32,000 bases of DNA from Candidatus Nanohalobium constans (GCF_009617975.1 NZ_CP040089.1:210001-242000), one strand, 5' to 3'; positions 16,727 to 25,546 are shown, numbered from the stretch's first letter. Notes: generated by a model not told the origin, from the letters alone. Numbers and translations are program-made.

Positions 16727-17821
16727 GTGAAGCTAGAAAAGATAAAGAAGGATTCAGCCAAAAAAATTGACTCTCTCGAAATGCCAGAATCAATCAGAAC
16801 TCCTGGACGAACATGGACACGGTATCCGGAAGAAGTAATTGATATAGAAGATATTGAACAAGTTGAGCCAGATGTAGAGGCTGAAGGAGATGTAGAATTC
16901 TTTACTGGCGAGGAAGCTTTTGAGAAAGCAGGTAAGAAGTTCTTTGACCTTATCAAGTCCGATGAAAACAAGTTAAACGCGGTCCACGCTGCCAATATCA
17001 ACGCACTGATCTATGCAGAAGTTTCTGGAGAAGCAGAACTACATATTCAATACGAAAATGATGGTCCTGTGCTCAGCCATCTAATCGTAGATGCAAAGGA
17101 TAACGCAGATTTAACTGTAACAGAAGAAACAGAGAGCGAAGAATTCAACTCATCTTTCACTGAGATCTACGTTGGGGAAAACGCATCAGTAGAGTATGGA
17201 GTAGTTGAAAAGCCTGGAAACTTCTCCTACAGCAGAAGAAAAGCCATAACACAGAAATACGGGAAAATCAACTGGTTGAACGGAATGTTTACAGGGGATT
17301 TGAACAGAACTAAGATTGAAACTGTCTTGAAAGGAGATAACTCGGAGACTGAGCAGACTGGTGTATGGTATCCGACAAGAGAACAGCACCACGATATTTC
17401 TCTCCATGTAAGACATATCGGCGATAACACGAAGTGTGATATGGATTCGAGAAGTGTAGTAGACCACAAAGCTAGAAGCTTGTATGAAGGTCTTCAGAAA
17501 GTTGAGGAGAAGGCTGTTGATACTTCCAGCTTCCAGGATCAGGAGACGCTGATGCTCTCCGACAAAGCAGAATCTGATGCCTCGCCGAAGCTGATGATTG
17601 AGGATCCTAATGTTGAGGCATCTCATGCAGCGGCGGCAGGAACAATTGAGAAAGCAAAGCAGCACTACCTAGAGTCTAGAGGCTTGAACAATGAGCAGGC
17701 AGAAAGACTTGTGGTCAAAGGCTTCTTTGAGCCCGTGATGCGCGAGATAGAAGTACCTAGAGTTAAGAACTCTATCAGGGAAGAAGTTGAGCGGAAGCTG
17801 GATGAGAAAAGGTCTGAATAA
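16727..17821 (+). CDS. sufD: Fe-S cluster assembly protein SufD
   Basis: GTG start 8 nt after a GAGGTGG Shine-Dalgarno-like sequence. The C-terminal SHAAAAGTIEKAKQHYLESRGLNNEQAERLVVKGFF is paralogous to the SufB C-terminus. It lies immediately downstream of sufB. Confidence 0.85.
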   Translation: MKLEKIKKDSAKKIDSLEMPESIRTPGRTWTRYPEEVIDIEDIEQVEPDVEAEGDVEFFTGEEAFEKAGKKFFDLIKSDENKLNAVHAANINALIYAEVSGEAELHIQYENDGPVLSHLIVDAKDNADLTVTEETESEEFNSSFTEIYVGENASVEYGVVEKPGNFSYSRRKAITQKYGKINWLNGMFTGDLNRTKIETVLKGDNSETEQTGVWYPTREQHHDISLHVRHIGDNTKCDMDSRSVVDHKARSLYEGLQKVEEKAVDTSSFQDQETLMLSDKAESDASPKLMIEDPNVEASHAAAAGTIEKAKQHYLESRGLNNEQAERLVVKGFFEPVMREIEVPRVKNSIREEVERKLDEKRSE

Positions 17822-17836
17822 CCGATTTTTACTTTT

Positions 17837-17900
17837 TTCACTGGTTTAAACCTGGTTTTCAGTGAAGTTACCTGTTTTTAATTTTTTTCTAAAAAACTTT
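17837..17900 (+). terminator. candidate terminator after sufD (hairpin plus T-tracts)
   Basis: Inverted repeat TTCACTG (17837-17843) / CAGTGAA (17860-17866), followed by the TGTTTTTAATTTTTTT oligo-T runs typical of archaeal termination. Confidence 0.3.
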
Positions 17901-17906
17901 CTTCTT

Positions 17907-19436
17907 ATGTCTCTAGATAAAATCGAAGGAAGATTTTCCGCATCGCTTAACTGGTTCAAGAGCCAGTTCAAATCTAAGGAAGAGTTAAACTTGTTGGACG
18001 GCCCTGTGGGTAAGAACCTTTTCTATCTCTCGCTGCCGGTCATAGTAATCAATTTGCTGCAGACGATGTACAATCTGGCTGATACCTTCTGGCTTGGTCA
18101 GTACAGTAACGGAGCACTTGAAGCAATCACCTATGCTTTTCCTCTCGTCTTCTTCCTGATCTCACTTGGAATGGGATTAGCTGTGGCTGGCAGCGTGCTA
18201 GTAGCGCAAAACGAAGGCTCAGGTAACAGGAAGAAGAGAAACTATGCAGCATCCCAGACAATAATGTTCAGCGCATTAGCCTCAGTTATTATAGGTGCTG
18301 TAGGATTCCTCTTTATCGGAGACTTTGTACCGCTACTTGGAGCATCCGGACAGGTTGCAGCTGCAGCAACAAGCTATCTACAGGTAATATCACTTGGACT
18401 GTTTTCAATGTTCGGATTCCTGGTATTTCAGTCGCTTATGCGAGGTTACGGCGATACTGTTACACCCATGCTGCTGATGCTTGGAACAGTCATACTCAAC
18501 ATCATAATCGATCCATTGTTCATCTTCGGAGCAGGACCAATCCCAGAACTAGGGGTTACAGGCGCTGCCATCGCAACAGTATTTGCAAGATCCCTATCCC
18601 TGATTATAGGAGTGTACATACTGTTCACAGGTAGTAAAGGAATCCAGATATCTCTAAGTCAGATGAAGCCGGATCTCTCCTTCTTCAAGAAGATGATTGG
18701 AATCGGCATACCTGCCTCAGCGGAACAGACAGGAAGATCAATATCTGTCAACGCACTGGTTGCGGTTGTAGGAGTTATATTTGCGGGAACAGTTGTCGCA
18801 GGCTACGGTATTGCTGTAAGAATATTTTCCATGGTTTTCCTTCCTGCAGCAGCAGTTGGTAGAGGAGTAGAGTCCATGACAGGTCAGAACCTGGGAGCAG
18901 GAAACTATGATAGAGCTGCGGAGACAGCAAGGTTCGGAGCAAAATGGACATTCATAATACTGACAGCTCTCGGCGCAGTCACCTTCCTGTTCGCCCAACC
19001 AATATCCTCTGTCTTCACCAAAAGTACAGAAATCGCCTCTGTATCAGCAGAATTCTTAAGATATGTCTCATTCAGCTTCGGATTCATAGGAGTATTAAGA
19101 GCGTACAATGGAAGTTTCCGAGGCGCAGGTAAGACTTTGACTGCAGCAGCCATCTCTATAACGACTTTGGCAGTTATCCGTCTTCCTATCGCTTACTTCG
19201 GTGCATTAGAGATAGGGACAGAAGGTGTCTGGATTGCATTCTTCATTTCGAATGTTGGAGGCGCCTTGATAGCTTATCTCTGGTATCAGAGAGGTACATG
19301 GCGTCAGAAGCTGACAGAGAAACAAGAAGCGCAAGGTGAGACAGCGGAAGAGGCAGAAGGTTTCGGTGAAACTATTACAGAAACAGCGGTCGCAAAAATC
19401 AACAACCTTATCTCCGGATCGGCTGCTAGAGAATAA
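17907..19436 (+). CDS. MATE family efflux transporter
   Basis: About 12 TM segments. N-terminal GPVGKNLFYLSLPVIVINLLQTMYNLADTFWLGQ is typical of MATE/DinF. ATG 17907 (MSLDKIEG) is preferred over the listed GTG 17862. The C-terminal tail is acidic. Confidence 0.85.
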   Translation: MSLDKIEGRFSASLNWFKSQFKSKEELNLLDGPVGKNLFYLSLPVIVINLLQTMYNLADTFWLGQYSNGALEAITYAFPLVFFLISLGMGLAVAGSVLVAQNEGSGNRKKRNYAASQTIMFSALASVIIGAVGFLFIGDFVPLLGASGQVAAAATSYLQVISLGLFSMFGFLVFQSLMRGYGDTVTPMLLMLGTVILNIIIDPLFIFGAGPIPELGVTGAAIATVFARSLSLIIGVYILFTGSKGIQISLSQMKPDLSFFKKMIGIGIPASAEQTGRSISVNALVAVVGVIFAGTVVAGYGIAVRIFSMVFLPAAAVGRGVESMTGQNLGAGNYDRAAETARFGAKWTFIILTALGAVTFLFAQPISSVFTKSTEIASVSAEFLRYVSFSFGFIGVLRAYNGSFRGAGKTLTAAAISITTLAVIRLPIAYFGALEIGTEGVWIAFFISNVGGALIAYLWYQRGTWRQKLTEKQEAQGETAEEAEGFGETITETAVAKINNLISGSAARE

Positions 19437-19490
19437 CCTGGTGGTATCTGGTTTTCAACTGTGAAAAAGCTCTATGCCCGACCTAGTTAT

Positions 19491-20030
19491 ATGAACTTCT
19501 TAATTGTCGTAGGTACAGCCCGTGAAGGCAGAGCCAGTATCGGACCTGCCAAAGCAGTTATGAACGAGTTTCAAAACCAGGAACACTCAGTAGAACTCTT
19601 CGATCTAAAGAAGAGAAAAGTACCGCCTCTCGGTAACAGAACCTATGTAGAGGGCGAAGAACCTGTAGCTGAAGACATCCAAGAGTTCAGCAGACTGGTC
19701 GAAAAATCCGACGGAGTAGTACTGGCGGTCCCAGAGTACAACCATTCAATCCCGGGCATCTTGAAAACACTTTTAGACCACTTACACCCTGAATACGAAA
19801 ACAAACCTTTCATGTATGTAACAGTCTCCGGAGGAAGCTTCGGAGGTGTCAGAGCCCTCAGCCACCTGCATGACATCACACTGGAACTAGGCGCATACCC
19901 TGGACCTGATATACCGATCTCCAACGCAGGAGAAGCATTCAACAGTGACGGCGAAATACTTGACGAAAACTACAAACACAGACTCAACAACTTCGTCAAA
20001 AAAACAGCACAGTTCACTGAAAACAGGTAA
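19491..20030 (+). CDS. NADPH-dependent FMN reductase family flavoprotein
   Basis: MNFLIVVGTAREGRAS (flavodoxin-like N-terminus) and LAVPEYNHSIPGILKTLLDHL (signature of the FMN_red family). The listed GTG 19461 start adds 10 aa. Confidence 0.8.
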   Translation: MNFLIVVGTAREGRASIGPAKAVMNEFQNQEHSVELFDLKKRKVPPLGNRTYVEGEEPVAEDIQEFSRLVEKSDGVVLAVPEYNHSIPGILKTLLDHLHPEYENKPFMYVTVSGGSFGGVRALSHLHDITLELGAYPGPDIPISNAGEAFNSDGEILDENYKHRLNNFVKKTAQFTENR

Positions 20031-20055
20031 AAGAATCAAACACAACCTTCCATTT

Positions 20056-21237
20056 ATGAACCCGGAAAAAATCAGAAAAGACTTTCCAATCTTCCAGCAA
20101 AGAAAAAACCTGGTCTACCTAGACAACGCCGCAACAAGCCAGAAACCCGAAAAAGTAACCCAAGCAATAACCAACTTTTACCAAGAAAACAACTCCAATG
20201 TAGGCAGAGGCCTATACGATCTAGCGAACGACGCCACAAAAGAGTACAGAGATGCCAGGAAAATTGTTTCAGACTTCATCGGAGCCTCAAGATCTGAAAT
20301 AGTCTACGTCAGAAATACTACAGAGGCAGAAAACCTCCTCGCACACTCACTTGAATTTGAAGGAGATATAGTTCTCAGCGAGATGGCACACCACAGTGAA
20401 CAATTACCGTGGAGAAGAAAAGCTGAGAAAGAAGGAAAGAGTGTAGAGTATCTTGAAACGGAGGAAGGAAAGATCTCTACCAGATCAATTGAAGAAAAGA
20501 TTGATCAAGATACAGGCTTAGTCGCTGTATCACACATATCAAACGTCTTCGGAGCAGAAAATCATGTAGATGAAATAGTAGATGTAGCACATGAAAACGA
20601 TGCGTTAGTTGTCTTGGATGCAGCTCAGAGCGCTCCGCATATGCCTCTAGATGTTGAGGAACTCGGGGTTGATTTCTTGTGTTTTTCAGGGCATAAGATG
20701 CTTGGTCCATCCAGTATAGGAGTTCTATATGGTAGGAGAGAGCTTCTTCAGGATATGGAACCTTATCAGGTCGGTGGAGGAATGATCAAATCAGTTCAGA
20801 AAAATAATGTGGCGTATGAGGATGCTCCGGAGAAGTTTGAGGCCGGTACTGAAAACGTTGCCGGTGCAGTCGTCTTAGCGGCAGCAATAGAATACTTGGA
20901 GGAAGTTGGAATGGAGGAAATCTATAGCCATGACAAAGAACTGGCCGGAATTATGATTGAAGAACTGAAACAGATCGAAGGAGTAAATGTTTTATCTCCG
21001 GACGATGCCAGCCTGGTTTCATTCACGGCTGACTGGGCGCATCCGCATGACATCGCAGAGGTTTTGAACCAGCACGGAGTTGCTGTCAGAGCAGGCAACC
21101 ACTGTGCTCAACCCCAGATGGAGGAACTCGGCATAACTGGTACCACTCGGGCAAGTCCTTACCTCTACAACACAGAAGAAGATGTGGAAAAATTCCTAGA
21201 AGCGGTCAAGGATGCGAAGGAAGCATTTGAGGTGTGA
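20056..21237 (+). CDS. sufS: cysteine desulfurase SufS (class V aminotransferase, group II)
   Basis: MNPEKIRKDFPIFQQ...VYLDNAATSQKP, PLP lysine in FSGHKMLGP, and catalytic Cys loop RAGNHCAQP. The listed ORF start 19945 overlaps the upstream gene. Confidence 0.9.
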   Translation: MNPEKIRKDFPIFQQRKNLVYLDNAATSQKPEKVTQAITNFYQENNSNVGRGLYDLANDATKEYRDARKIVSDFIGASRSEIVYVRNTTEAENLLAHSLEFEGDIVLSEMAHHSEQLPWRRKAEKEGKSVEYLETEEGKISTRSIEEKIDQDTGLVAVSHISNVFGAENHVDEIVDVAHENDALVVLDAAQSAPHMPLDVEELGVDFLCFSGHKMLGPSSIGVLYGRRELLQDMEPYQVGGGMIKSVQKNNVAYEDAPEKFEAGTENVAGAVVLAAAIEYLEEVGMEEIYSHDKELAGIMIEELKQIEGVNVLSPDDASLVSFTADWAHPHDIAEVLNQHGVAVRAGNHCAQPQMEELGITGTTRASPYLYNTEEDVEKFLEAVKDAKEAFEV

Positions 21238-21240
21238 ATC

Positions 21241-21594
21241 ATGTATCGTGAAGAAATCATGGATCACTACAAGAGACCAAGGAATACAGGGAAACTGGAT
21301 ACAGAGTACGAGGCAGAAGGAGAGAACGCTAGCTGTGGTGATAAAGTCCATGTATACGCAGAGATAGAAGGTGGTGAGGTAACTGATTTCAAGCATGAGA
21401 CTGAAGGCTGTGCGATCTGTACAGCTGCAACATCAATACTGTCAGAAAAAGCTGTAGGCATGGATCTGGACGAAATTTCTGAACTGGATCGAGACTGGAT
21501 AATCGACGAACTTGGTATCGATGTCTCTCCAATGCGTGTGAAGTGTGCTGTACTTGGTTTGAAGACTTTGCAGGATGCAGTCAGTCAGGATTAA
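21241..21594 (+). CDS. sufU: SufU-type (IscU/NifU N-terminal-like) sulfur transfer/scaffold protein
   Basis: HYKRPRNTG, ASCGDKV, EGCAICTAATS and RVKCAVLGL give three conserved Cys plus an Asp. A GAGGTG Shine-Dalgarno-like sequence lies 6 nt upstream of the ATG. Confidence 0.82.
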   Translation: MYREEIMDHYKRPRNTGKLDTEYEAEGENASCGDKVHVYAEIEGGEVTDFKHETEGCAICTAATSILSEKAVGMDLDEISELDRDWIIDELGIDVSPMRVKCAVLGLKTLQDAVSQD

Positions 21595-21619
21595 GAAGAT
21601 TATTCATTGTTTTCTGTAT

Positions 21620-22369
21620 ATGACATTGCAAGTAAAAGACTTGGAAGTTTCTGTACCTGAGGAAGATATTGTTCGAGGAGTTTCTCTGGAGGTTAAGCCT
21701 GGTGAAATTCATGCTATCATGGGTCCGAATGGTTCAGGAAAATCTACTTTGTGTAAATCATTGATGGGCAACCCGGAATACAATATTGACGGTGGACAGA
21801 TCCTGGTTGATGGTGAAGACGTGACTGATGAGGAGACGCATGAGAGGGCTCAGGAGGGACTTTTCCTAGGTTTCCAGTACCCGGCAGAAGTTTCAGGTAT
21901 CAGGGTTTCAGAGTTCTTGAAGGAAGCTGTAGATGCACAAAGAGAGGAAAGAGGAGAGGACCCAATGCCTCAGAGTGAGTTCAATGAGCTTCTCAGAGAG
22001 AAACTTGATCTACTGGATATGGAGGAAGACTATGCCCGCAGATACCTGAATGAAGGCTTTTCAGGTGGAGAAAAGAAGAGGAATGAAATCCTTCAGATGG
22101 CAGTGCTAGATCCAAAGTACGCAATTCTGGATGAGATCGACTCAGGTCTCGATATTGATGCACTACAGGTTGTAGCCAAAGGAATCAATGCTTTAGCCGA
22201 CAATGACCGTGGTATCCTCATGATAACTCACTACCAGAGAATCTTGGATCATGTAGAGCCCGATCATGTCCATGTAATGGTTGATGGCAAGATAGTAGAG
22301 AGTGGTGGTCCTGAGCTGGCTCATAAGTTGGAAGATGAAGGGTATGAGTGGGCTAAGGAACTGGCTTAG
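21620..22369 (+). CDS. sufC: Fe-S assembly ATPase SufC
   Basis: MTLQVKDLEVSV, Walker A GPNGSGKST, ABC signature FSGGEKKR, Walker B ILDEIDSGLD and ITHYQRIL. The listed ORF start 21575 overlaps sufU. Confidence 0.95.
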   Translation: MTLQVKDLEVSVPEEDIVRGVSLEVKPGEIHAIMGPNGSGKSTLCKSLMGNPEYNIDGGQILVDGEDVTDEETHERAQEGLFLGFQYPAEVSGIRVSEFLKEAVDAQREERGEDPMPQSEFNELLREKLDLLDMEEDYARRYLNEGFSGGEKKRNEILQMAVLDPKYAILDEIDSGLDIDALQVVAKGINALADNDRGILMITHYQRILDHVEPDHVHVMVDGKIVESGGPELAHKLEDEGYEWAKELA

Positions 22370-22371
22370 TT

Positions 22372-22833
22372 TTACTCGGTATCTTCTATTTTGCTGTTTA
22401 TTTCCTGTATTAGTGGTTTTACTCTTTCTTCTATGAATTCTTCGGCTTCTGTTTCGTCTTCTTTGAGCTGTGTTTCATAATTTATGTCTTTTCTTTTCTG
22501 GTAGGCTCTATCAAGTTGTGTGGCTAATTCCGGGCTTTCTAGTACTCTGGACAGTCCTTTGATGGTGCAGAGATGTGTGTTGACCTCGTAGTTCTTGTGG
22601 GCTAGTGCTTCCTCTACCTTGTTCTCTGCTGCAAAGTAACCCAATACTATTGCTGCTTGAGGTGTATCGGAGTCCAGAAGGTTTTCTGCTGCTTTCAGCC
22701 AGTAGCTTGAGTTCTGGCTTTTTCTTTGAATTATCCTTTCTTTTTCTCTTCTTTTCTTTAGTTTTTCTGCTCCTACTCTCCCTTCTGTACCTTCTTCCAT
22801 GCATTCTTCTTTCCACTCATCTTCCTTTCTCAT
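22372..22833 (-). CDS. HEPN-domain protein (partner of the upstream nucleotidyltransferase)
   Basis: YWLKAAENLL...AAIVLGYFAAENKVEEALAHKNYEVNTHLCTIKGL...RAYQKRKDINYE resembles the HEPN four-helix pattern. The start overlaps the upstream gene's stop (ATGA at 22830-22833). The first ~45 aa are K/R/E-rich. Confidence 0.65.
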   Translation of the reverse strand: MRKEDEWKEECMEEGTEGRVGAEKLKKRREKERIIQRKSQNSSYWLKAAENLLDSDTPQAAIVLGYFAAENKVEEALAHKNYEVNTHLCTIKGLSRVLESPELATQLDRAYQKRKDINYETQLKEDETEAEEFIEERVKPLIQEINSKIEDTE

Positions 22834-23516
22834 TTCTGTTCTCCTCCGTCTTCTATATACTGGTTTATTTCCTCTACTTCTCCGTAGAGTGTCGTAAATC
22901 CATCCTTGATTATGGAGTCTGCCAGTTTTGACACTGGTTTTGTGAAGTCTTCCTGGTACTGTTTCTCCGACTTTATCGCCAGCGAGAACTCATGATCGTA
23001 GCTTTCTGCTATCTCATGTATCTGGTCTTCCGCTTCTACCCCTGCTTCTTTACATACTATGTAGAGATCTAGGTCGCTGTCAAGTGTGTACTCGCCGTTT
23101 GCCGCTGAACCAAAGAGTATTATCTTCTCTAGGTCATCATCTATCTTTCCGATCAACTTCTTCCTGAAGTCAAATACTATGTTCAGTGGATACTTTGGAA
23201 GATTATTTAGGCCGTATTGCTTCATTTCATCGTAGAGGAGTTTATTGATGCTTGCTGAAAAGTCAACAGGAACACTCATTCCTATGACGCTGGACTCTCT
23301 CGTATCAAGTTTGTAGTACTTGGTCTTACCTTCTGTCTGTATTGTTTTCAGTATTTTTTCATCTCTGAGGTCTTCCAATGCCTTGTAGATAGATGTTATA
23401 TCTTTTGTGGTTTCTCTTTCCAAATCTTCCGCTGCGTAGCTCTTATCATTGACTGCTAACGTTCTCAGTATCTGTACTTTTGTGTCGGAGTTAAGTACTG
23501 TTTCTAGTGTTGCCAT
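22830..23516 (-). CDS. winged-helix DNA-binding domain fused to a minimal nucleotidyltransferase (MNT)
   Basis: N-terminal wHTH (KVQILRTLAVNDKSYAAEDLERETTKDITSIYKALEDLRDEKIL), then the MNT motif IILFGSAANGEYTLDSDLDLYIV (GS...D.D). Confidence 0.8.
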   Translation of the reverse strand: MATLETVLNSDTKVQILRTLAVNDKSYAAEDLERETTKDITSIYKALEDLRDEKILKTIQTEGKTKYYKLDTRESSVIGMSVPVDFSASINKLLYDEMKQYGLNNLPKYPLNIVFDFRKKLIGKIDDDLEKIILFGSAANGEYTLDSDLDLYIVCKEAGVEAEDQIHEIAESYDHEFSLAIKSEKQYQEDFTKPVSKLADSIIKDGFTTLYGEVEEINQYIEDGGEQK

Positions 23517-23581
23517 GGTATCAGACCTCGTTAACTGAATTAAATTATAATTGCTCGTTGGTCTTTATAAACTATAGCTCT

Positions 23582-23661
23582 AATTAGAAAAATATTCTAT
23601 TAAGTGGTTCGCTTTATATAAGATAAAGCCGCAATTAGAATAATGTTATAATTGGTGCTTC
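23582..23661. repeat. imperfect 29-nt direct repeat (22/29 identical, 51-nt period) flanking a hairpin
   Basis: AATTAGAAAAATATTCTATTAAGTGGTTC (23582-23610) versus AATTAGAATAATGTTATAATTGGTGCTTC (23633-23661), aligned by eye. Confidence 0.4.
23588..23629 (-). terminator. candidate terminator downstream of the XPD-like gene
   Basis: 7-bp hairpin GCTTTAT-ATAAG-ATAAAGC (23611-23629), followed on the minus strand by a U5 tract (plus-strand AAAAA at 23588-23592). Confidence 0.3.
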
Positions 23662-23697
23662 AATCTTGCTACGCAAGAAATCCAATTGGTACTGAAG

Positions 23698-25515
23698 TCA
23701 AGTGGGTTTGAAGAACTCTCCGATTTCCTGCCATGGCGCTCTAGTTTCTTCTAGTTGTGTGTCTGGAGGCATGACTTTTCTGTAGTTGCTCCAGGAGTAT
23801 CTTTTGTCCATGTAGACTATTACTCCTTTATCTTCTTTTGATCTTATGCAGCGTCCGGCTGCTTGTATGGCTCGATTCATGGCGGGGTAAGAGTATCCAT
23901 AATCCCAGCCCTTTCCGAATCTGTCGTCTAGGAAGTCTATGAGTGCTTTGGTTTCTAGATCTGGTGTTTGAAGTGGTAGTCCAATTACGAATGCTGCTTT
24001 TAGCATGTCTCCGGGATAGTCTATTCCTTCTCCGAAGCTGCCAGCTGCTACACCCATCAGTAATCCGTTTCCGTTGTCTGCTTCTTTCTCGAAGTCGTCA
24101 AGCAGCTCCTGTTTGCCGTTTTTGTCCATTCTCTGCTCTTCGGCAAATATTCTTCTGTCTGTCTTGTCTCTGAGTTTGTCTCTGACCTGTTTTAATAGGC
24201 TGTAGCTTGGGAAGAATGCTGCTGCGTTTCCAGGCACTTCTTCAAGTGATTTGGCGAGGTACCAGGCATATTTCTGCATCATGGAATCATCCCTCTCCTC
24301 ATATTTCGTCGTTAAAGTAGGGATTACTAGTTCTCTCTTGTTTTCGGCAGGGAATGGAGATCCGAACTCTTTCGTCCTCGTCAGGTTTTCCTCCAGTCCG
24401 AGAAGATCTACATACATAGTGGGAGGGGTCAGAGTCCCTGACATCAGCAAGCTGGAGTGAGAAGCGTTTAGCGGAGTCTTGGTCGATACCTGTGGGTCAA
24501 GACAGCTGTACTGGATTTTGATATCTCCTCTGTCTCTTTTTATACACCTCACAAATCCCTGGTCTTTTCCTTTCCAGCGATCCAGTGCTTCCTCCAGTCT
24601 ACGGCAGTGACTTTGCTCCTGCTCTTCCTCAGCCTCATCAGCTATCGCGTCCATGTCGATAATCATTTCCTCGAAGCTATGGAAAGAATCAACCATTCCG
24701 ATCAGGTCGTCCTTGCTGATTTCTGCCTCGTAGTCCTCTTGGCTAAGTTCTTTCCTGCTCATCCGCTCGATCTCCTTCCTGAACTGCTCCAGGTTCTCCT
24801 GCTCAGGATAGAAGCCAAATCTCTCTGCCTCGGTAATACATCTATTCAGTAGAGGTGTCGATATAGTAGCCGAGAATAGGCTACGCGTCCTGGACGGCAG
24901 GTTATGTGCCTCATCTACGATTATGATTGAGTCTTCAAGCTGGGTTTCCGCCTTTTCCAATACGATATCTCTGACTCCTGGGTGGAATACGTGGAAGTAG
25001 TCTCCAATTATCAGATCTGCCTCTTTCGTCATATGGAGCAGTATCTGGTATGGACAGACTTCTCGGCATTTTCTCTTAACTTCTTCAGCCGTCAGGTTCT
25101 GATGCTTCAGTGAATTCAATTTTTGCCGTGCTTTCTGAGTCAATTGGTGGTTCTGTAGAGTCTCTGAATGTCTTGGGCAGTCAGGTCCTTGTCCAGCCCG
25201 TGTTGAAGCATCTGCTTCGCAGATATGGTCTTTTCCGATGAGATCTACTGTTATCAGGTTTTCATCGTGTCTATCATTTATTTTCTTGACTGTTTCCAGT
25301 GCAATCTGGTGTTGGCTGTTTCTTGGAGTCAGGAAGAATACTTTCTGGTCGTTGCGCAGTCTTTCCTCGAGTGCTGGTGTTATACTGCCTGCTGTCTTTC
25401 CTAGACCGGTAGGGGCGTGTGTTACGAGGTTTTCCCCATTCTCCATTACTTCTTCAGCTATTTCAACCATTTCTTCCTGTTTATCTCTTTTCTCTGGGAA
25501 TGGGAACAGATCCAT
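23698..25515 (-). CDS. xpd: XPD/Rad3-family 5'-3' DNA helicase with Fe-S cluster domain
   Basis: FPFPEKRDKQ, Walker A APTGLGKT, DEAH box VDEAHNL, four Cys in the insertion (HIC...PDC...RKC...VCPY), and C-terminal QAAGRCIRS. Confidence 0.9.
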   Translation of the reverse strand: MDLFPFPEKRDKQEEMVEIAEEVMENGENLVTHAPTGLGKTAGSITPALEERLRNDQKVFFLTPRNSQHQIALETVKKINDRHDENLITVDLIGKDHICEADASTRAGQGPDCPRHSETLQNHQLTQKARQKLNSLKHQNLTAEEVKRKCREVCPYQILLHMTKEADLIIGDYFHVFHPGVRDIVLEKAETQLEDSIIIVDEAHNLPSRTRSLFSATISTPLLNRCITEAERFGFYPEQENLEQFRKEIERMSRKELSQEDYEAEISKDDLIGMVDSFHSFEEMIIDMDAIADEAEEEQEQSHCRRLEEALDRWKGKDQGFVRCIKRDRGDIKIQYSCLDPQVSTKTPLNASHSSLLMSGTLTPPTMYVDLLGLEENLTRTKEFGSPFPAENKRELVIPTLTTKYEERDDSMMQKYAWYLAKSLEEVPGNAAAFFPSYSLLKQVRDKLRDKTDRRIFAEEQRMDKNGKQELLDDFEKEADNGNGLLMGVAAGSFGEGIDYPGDMLKAAFVIGLPLQTPDLETKALIDFLDDRFGKGWDYGYSYPAMNRAIQAAGRCIRSKEDKGVIVYMDKRYSWSNYRKVMPPDTQLEETRAPWQEIGEFFKPT

Positions 25516-25533
25516 GGAAAACTGGTGTGCGGG

Positions 25534-25546
25534 AATTAATAAAAAA
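25534..25546. promoter_or_regulatory. single AT-rich TATA-like element shared by divergent genes
   Basis: AATTAATAAAAAA is the only AT-rich block in the 53-nt spacer. It lies 19-31 nt from the xpd ATG (25515) and 23-35 nt from ATG 25569. Confidence 0.3.

Noticed and set aside
19945-20055. N-terminal extensions of listed ORFs: sufS 19945, sufC 21575, MATE 17862, FMN reductase 19461, membrane protein 25419, and 14417
   Set aside because: The sufS, sufC, 25419 and 14417 extensions overlap the preceding gene. All six have atypical composition. In-frame ATGs that reproduce the canonical family N-termini lie downstream.
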